Assembly (NCBI GenBank): GCA_043228905.1
Contig: JBHGNT010000959.1
Location: 1-13,376, forward strand
Direction: 5' to 3'
From: Azolla caroliniana
Lineage: Eukaryota > Plantae > Polypodiophyta
DNA length: 13,376 nt
Made by a program: the position numbers and the translations under genes. Shown here in pieces: positions 9,912 through 13,376 of the stretch. The stretch's first letter is position 1, and every line of letters begins with the position of its first letter. A model generated the notes under the pieces. The model made no database searches, had not been told where the DNA came from, and worked only from the letters and a program-made list of their open reading frames with translations.

Positions 9912-12818
9912 GTGATGACCACTGCATGATAGCCTACTTGACTTGATTACATTTTTGCTCTTAGTTTTGCTTCACTTTGGTTTGGAAACAATTTATCTGA
10001 CCATTTTTTTGGGGATTTTTGGTTTTGTAGCCTTTTGGAGACATACGGAGTCTTTATACCACATGCAAGCATAGAGGATTTGTTATGGTATCATACTTTG
10101 ACATTCGGGCAGCTCGAACTGCGATGCAAGCTCTTCACAACAAACAACTACGGAACAAGAAACTTGACATTCATTTTTCCTTTCCCAAGGTATGAACTTG
10201 TAACATATGGATGTTTTCAACTTTACATGCATTATTATGCTTGATCAAATGCACTCAAAAGTTTCTTTCTTTCCAAAATTGCTTGCATAGCTTAAAAGTA
10301 TTTTTTTTTTTTTGGTGAACGGATGATATTTAATTAAATTATACAATGTTGTATGCACATGCATTAGTTTATTATATAGGCCCTATTAATATTATCATCA
10401 ATATTTTCTTCTAGTATAGGGTCATGAAGTATGTCTGTATGCTAATAAATTCATCTTTTATGCTTATAGGATAATCCATCAGATAAGGATATCAATCAGG
10501 GAACCCTTGTTATTTTCAACTTAAACCCGTCAATCACTAGTGATTATCTACATGAGCTATTTGGGAAATACGGTGAAGTCAAGGAGGTAAAATAATCTTT
10601 ACAAATAATTTGATATAAAATAGAAAGTAGGGAGAAAAACTATCTTGGTGTAAGATGTAGTCATTATTTTCTTACATACCAACAGATTCGGGGAACGCCA
10701 CATAAAAGCCATCATAGGTTTATTGAGTTCTATGACATTCGGGATGCAGAATCAGCTTTGAAAGGACTGAATACAGCAGTTATTGGTGGAAGACAAATCA
10801 AGTTAGAACTAAGCCATCCTGGTATATTTTGGAGGTACATTTTTGTTGCCCTTGGTGCCAAGTTACATCTCTAGACATCGGTGCACATCCATAATTAGAG
10901 GGATGCTAATACTGGGGCTGTATAGGGACATGTGTGAACATATCCTTAGTTGGAAGGAGGTCAACGTAATCATGTAGACACATGTGGTGTGTGAACTGAC
11001 CAATTAGTTGAAGGTTCAGGGGAGAGGAAGAGAGAGAGAGAGAGAGTGTGTGTGTCTGTAATATCCAACCTAATGTCCGGGGATATAATATATCTTTTTT
11101 TCTGACCTAATGTCTAGGGACATAAAATACTATCTTTCTTTTCATTTACTAAGTTACCTTATCATATGCTTTTTTGTCACGACATCAGCTCAACAGAAAA
11201 TCATGGAGATCTTCTGGAGCAAGTAACTTATCATTCATACGACACACAATCTACCTCACCTTTGCTAAGCTTTTCTCCAGGTTGGTTTATATTCCTGGGT
11301 GAATATGACCAAATGAATAAGCTAATGATGAAAGTGCTATCCAGAACATTATTAGCTTGACAAAATTTTCCAGTTTTGTCCATTTCTGACCAAGATTTTA
11401 TTTTATACCTATAGGTCCATGGGAACAAATGGGAAAATCTATGGAGAGTGGTTCACAAGGATCGCTTCGATATTCGCCTAGATCATGGAACCATCGTAAA
11501 GGGAACAACCATTTTGACATGAAACGGTCATCACCTTATCATACTTCTTTACCAGAGTACAATAATGATATATTATCGTTCCATAGTCTACCACAAGATT
11601 TATCACGTCAGGATATGAGAGCTAAAACTTCCTTGCCTGATTCACCAATATTTCATAGCCTTCTACACATGGAACATGCACAATCTCAAAATTCTAGTTA
11701 TGGAAGTCACACAGCAAGTACTGTGCTGCATCGATCGAATCAAAATCGTCTTAATTTTATAACAAAGAATTCCCCCTCTGTAGACAAGCAATTTAGTTAC
11801 TCTCGAAATTCACCTGATACACCCCTGTATGGTCCGGGGTCGTTTGGGTCTGGAGTTCCAATGATGAAGAACATCTCTCCTATTTATAACCATGGGACCA
11901 CTAAAGAAGATTTTGGAAGGTTAGATCATCAAAGTTCAGGAATTGGATCATTGCCTCATCACCAACATGGGAGTCTAACGACAAATTATGGCAATTATGA
12001 TGTGTTTTGTAACCAAACTCAAGTGATAGAAGGTAATGGCTCTCAAACTGACCTGAAGAATGTTTATCGGCTTGATTTGAAACGGATTATGCTCGGAGAA
12101 GATACTCGTACAACACTCATGATAAAGAACATACCAAATAAGTAAGTCTTGCATGATAGTTGCTAGAGAATTTGGTATCATTTTGTTTATCCCTTTCTTG
12201 GGTAACTTATCGCGTTAACCTTGACCTCAACTCCTCAGCACTAAACCCGAAGCCCTAAATCTGTAATGTAGTTGGCACATATGCTTATTAAAGTTACCGT
12301 TTGTAGGTATACTGTAGAGATGCTTCTGGAAGCAATTGACCAGACTCATCGTGGAACATATGACTTCATGTATTTGCCAATTGATTTCAAGGTAATCTCG
12401 ATCAAATGCTCTTTATTGTTTCCAATGCTTCATTCAAATGACATGCTTGGGAAATGTGAATTGAAAATTTTCAGAACAATTGCAATGTTGGGTATGCCTT
12501 TATCAACATGACATCTCCGATGTATATTATTTCCCTCTACAAGGTAACATGGGCATATTTTATTCTAGGGACAATAAAAAGAGCTTCTAGAATTAGAATT
12601 CATGATTTATGAAGTAACTTATGATATTATGTATTCAGGCTTTGGATGGAAGAAAGTGGGAAAGATTCAATAGTGAGAAGGTGGCGTCTCTAGCTTATGC
12701 ACGGATTCAAGGAACGACAGCATTGGTTTCGCACTTTCAAAACTCGAGCTTGATGAATGAAGATGGGCGGTGTCAACCGATACTTTTTGATCGGGAAGGG
12801 CGTAGGAGCCCTCTGTAG
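9513..12818 (+). CDS. AML: MEI2-like RNA-binding protein (plant AML/OML family; RRM1+RRM2+C-terminal Mei2-type RRM3), 9 coding exons, 658 aa
   Basis: Manual splice: join(9513..9911,10031..10189,10470..10586,10686..10834,11189..11280,11415..12141,12307..12391,12475..12543,12639..12818) = 1977 nt, with no internal stop and all introns GT..AG. Family motifs: EHPSRTLFVRSINSNVEDSELR, KHRGFVMVSYFDIRAA, DINQGTLVIFNL, FIEFYDIR, DTRTTLMIKNIPNKYT, GTYDFMYLPIDFKN, CNVGYAFINM, KWERFNSEKVASLAYARIQG, LVSHFQNSSLMNED. An in-frame TGA at 9495-9497 bounds the ORF upstream of ATG 9513. The specific paralog number cannot be assigned. Confidence 0.95.
10031..10189 (+). CDS. MEI2-like coding exon 2 (RRM1)
   Basis: Acceptor TTGTAG ends at 10030; PFGDIRSLYTTCKHRGFVMVSYFDIRAARTAMQALHNKQLRNKKLDIHFSFPK; donor GTATGA at 10190. 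The ORF track entry 10035..10244 is in the wrong frame. Confidence 0.95.
10470..10586 (+). CDS. MEI2-like coding exon 3 (start of RRM2)
   Basis: Acceptor TTATAG ends at 10469; DNPSDKDINQGTLVIFNLNPSITSDYLHELFGKYGEVKE; donor GTAAAA at 10587. Confidence 0.95.
10686..10834 (+). CDS. MEI2-like coding exon 4 (RRM2)
   Basis: Acceptor AACAG ends at 10685; IRGTPHKSHHRFIEFYDIRDAESALKGLNTAVIGGRQIKLELSHPGIFW; donor GTACAT at 10835, phase 2. Confidence 0.92.
11029..11055. repeat. (AG)n(GT)n compound microsatellite in intron 4
   Basis: Directly visible AG run followed by a GT run. Confidence 0.9.
11068..11139. repeat. 37-bp-period tandem duplication in intron 4
   Basis: ACCTAATGTCCGGGGATATAATATATCTTT (11068) versus ACCTAATGTCTAGGGACATAAAATACTATCTTT (11105). 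Confidence 0.75.
11189..11280 (+). CDS. MEI2-like coding exon 5 (linker)
   Basis: Acceptor ATCAG ends at 11188; (S)STENHGDLLEQVTYHSYDTQSTSPLLSFSP(G); donor GTTGGT at 11281. The phases (2 in, 1 out) join exons 4 and 6 in frame, and SPxxxxSPGxW resembles the AML SPxxNSPPGxW motif. Confidence 0.82.
11415..12141 (+). CDS. MEI2-like coding exon 6 (S/H/N-rich low-complexity linker and start of RRM3)
   Basis: Acceptor CTATAG ends at 11414; reads PWEQMGKS...YRLDLKRIMLGEDTRTTLMIKNIPN; donor GTAAGT at 12142, phase 2. Confidence 0.93.
12307..12391 (+). CDS. MEI2-like coding exon 7 (RRM3)
   Basis: Acceptor TTGTAG ends at 12306; (K)YTVEMLLEAIDQTHRGTYDFMYLPIDFK; donor GTAATC at 12392. Confidence 0.95.
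12475..12543 (+). CDS. MEI2-like coding exon 8 (RRM3 RNP1)
   Basis: Acceptor TTTCAG ends at 12474; NNCNVGYAFINMTSPMYIISLYK; donor GTAACA at 12544. Confidence 0.95.
12639..12818 (+). CDS. MEI2-like terminal coding exon 9 (end of RRM3, stop TAG)
   Basis: Acceptor ATTCAG ends at 12638; ALDGRKWERFNSEKVASLAYARIQGTTALVSHFQNSSLMNEDGRCQPILFDREGRRSPL*. Confidence 0.92.
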   Translation, partial: ALDGRKWERFNSEKVASLAYARIQGTTALVSHFQNSSLMNEDGRCQPILFDREGRRSPL

Positions 12819-13376
12819 AATATATTATTTTCTTTCATTGTTATAACCTCGGTCAACATGGACAACCATCTTCACCGGCATTTGTTTCGCTTGTGAGAAT
12901 CTATTGTTGGCGGTTGTTTGTATATATGTTGTACAGGAATTTCCTTGTGCATGAGCATTTGTACATTTTGTTGTAAATGATATAAACAAAAGTTTTTGGG
13001 TTTTTGGGTGGTTCGACCAAGAAAATTACATATATGAAACTGATTAGATGGTTCAATGTGAAGCATCATTAATTTAAAATGATGTGATACGATAAGTAGG
13101 CACTGAAGACACATTATGTTAATTTCAACTGCTGCTTATTCACCATGAATCATACACAAGAATTAAGTTGCAAATAACTGACTATTAGAATTCTGTCTGA
13201 GTTGCATATAATAATTAGCTCGTTTTTTTTGAGCCATTATATATAAATGTCAAACGAATTGAATACAGTAAGTAGGGGCCTGAATATTTAGCTTTTAAAA
13301 ACTTTTAAGTCATCACATATGATAGTGAAAACGTCAAATGTTTATTTTGAAATTTGGCACATATGTGAATCTAGTT

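Noticed and set aside
11191-11197. Alternative acceptor CAACAG at 11196 for exon 5
   Set aside because: It gives the wrong phase for exon 6; the 11188 acceptor preserves the frame and the SP..SPG.W motif

Overview
AT-rich land-plant nuclear DNA, not prokaryotic. The right third carries one intact 9-exon + strand gene (CDS 9513..12818, 658 aa after splicing) for a MEI2-like RNA-binding protein of the AML/OML family, with RRM1, RRM2 and the C-terminal Mei2-type RRM3. All 8 introns are GT-AG and the frame stays open across them. Upstream (about 7.8-9.5 kb) is a promoter/5'-leader region with outward-facing GA/CT microsatellites, a repeated ATTACTCTGTTT motif and telomere-like boxes. The left ~7 kb is decayed transposon sequence. 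It includes a minus-strand LINE ORF2 fragment with a zf-RVT motif (1..~700, missed by the ORF track), an LTR-like segment, a 699-bp poly(A)-tailed insert with a perfect 16-bp target-site duplication, a second LINE 3' end (4737..~5200) and an LTR end with a damaged tRNA-Met PBS. I found no convincing wholly new system. The best leads are the divergent MEI2-like protein (short C-terminus, lost basic residues, TOS-like FEMD motif), its possibly bidirectional upstream region, and the TSD-flanked retroposed insert.
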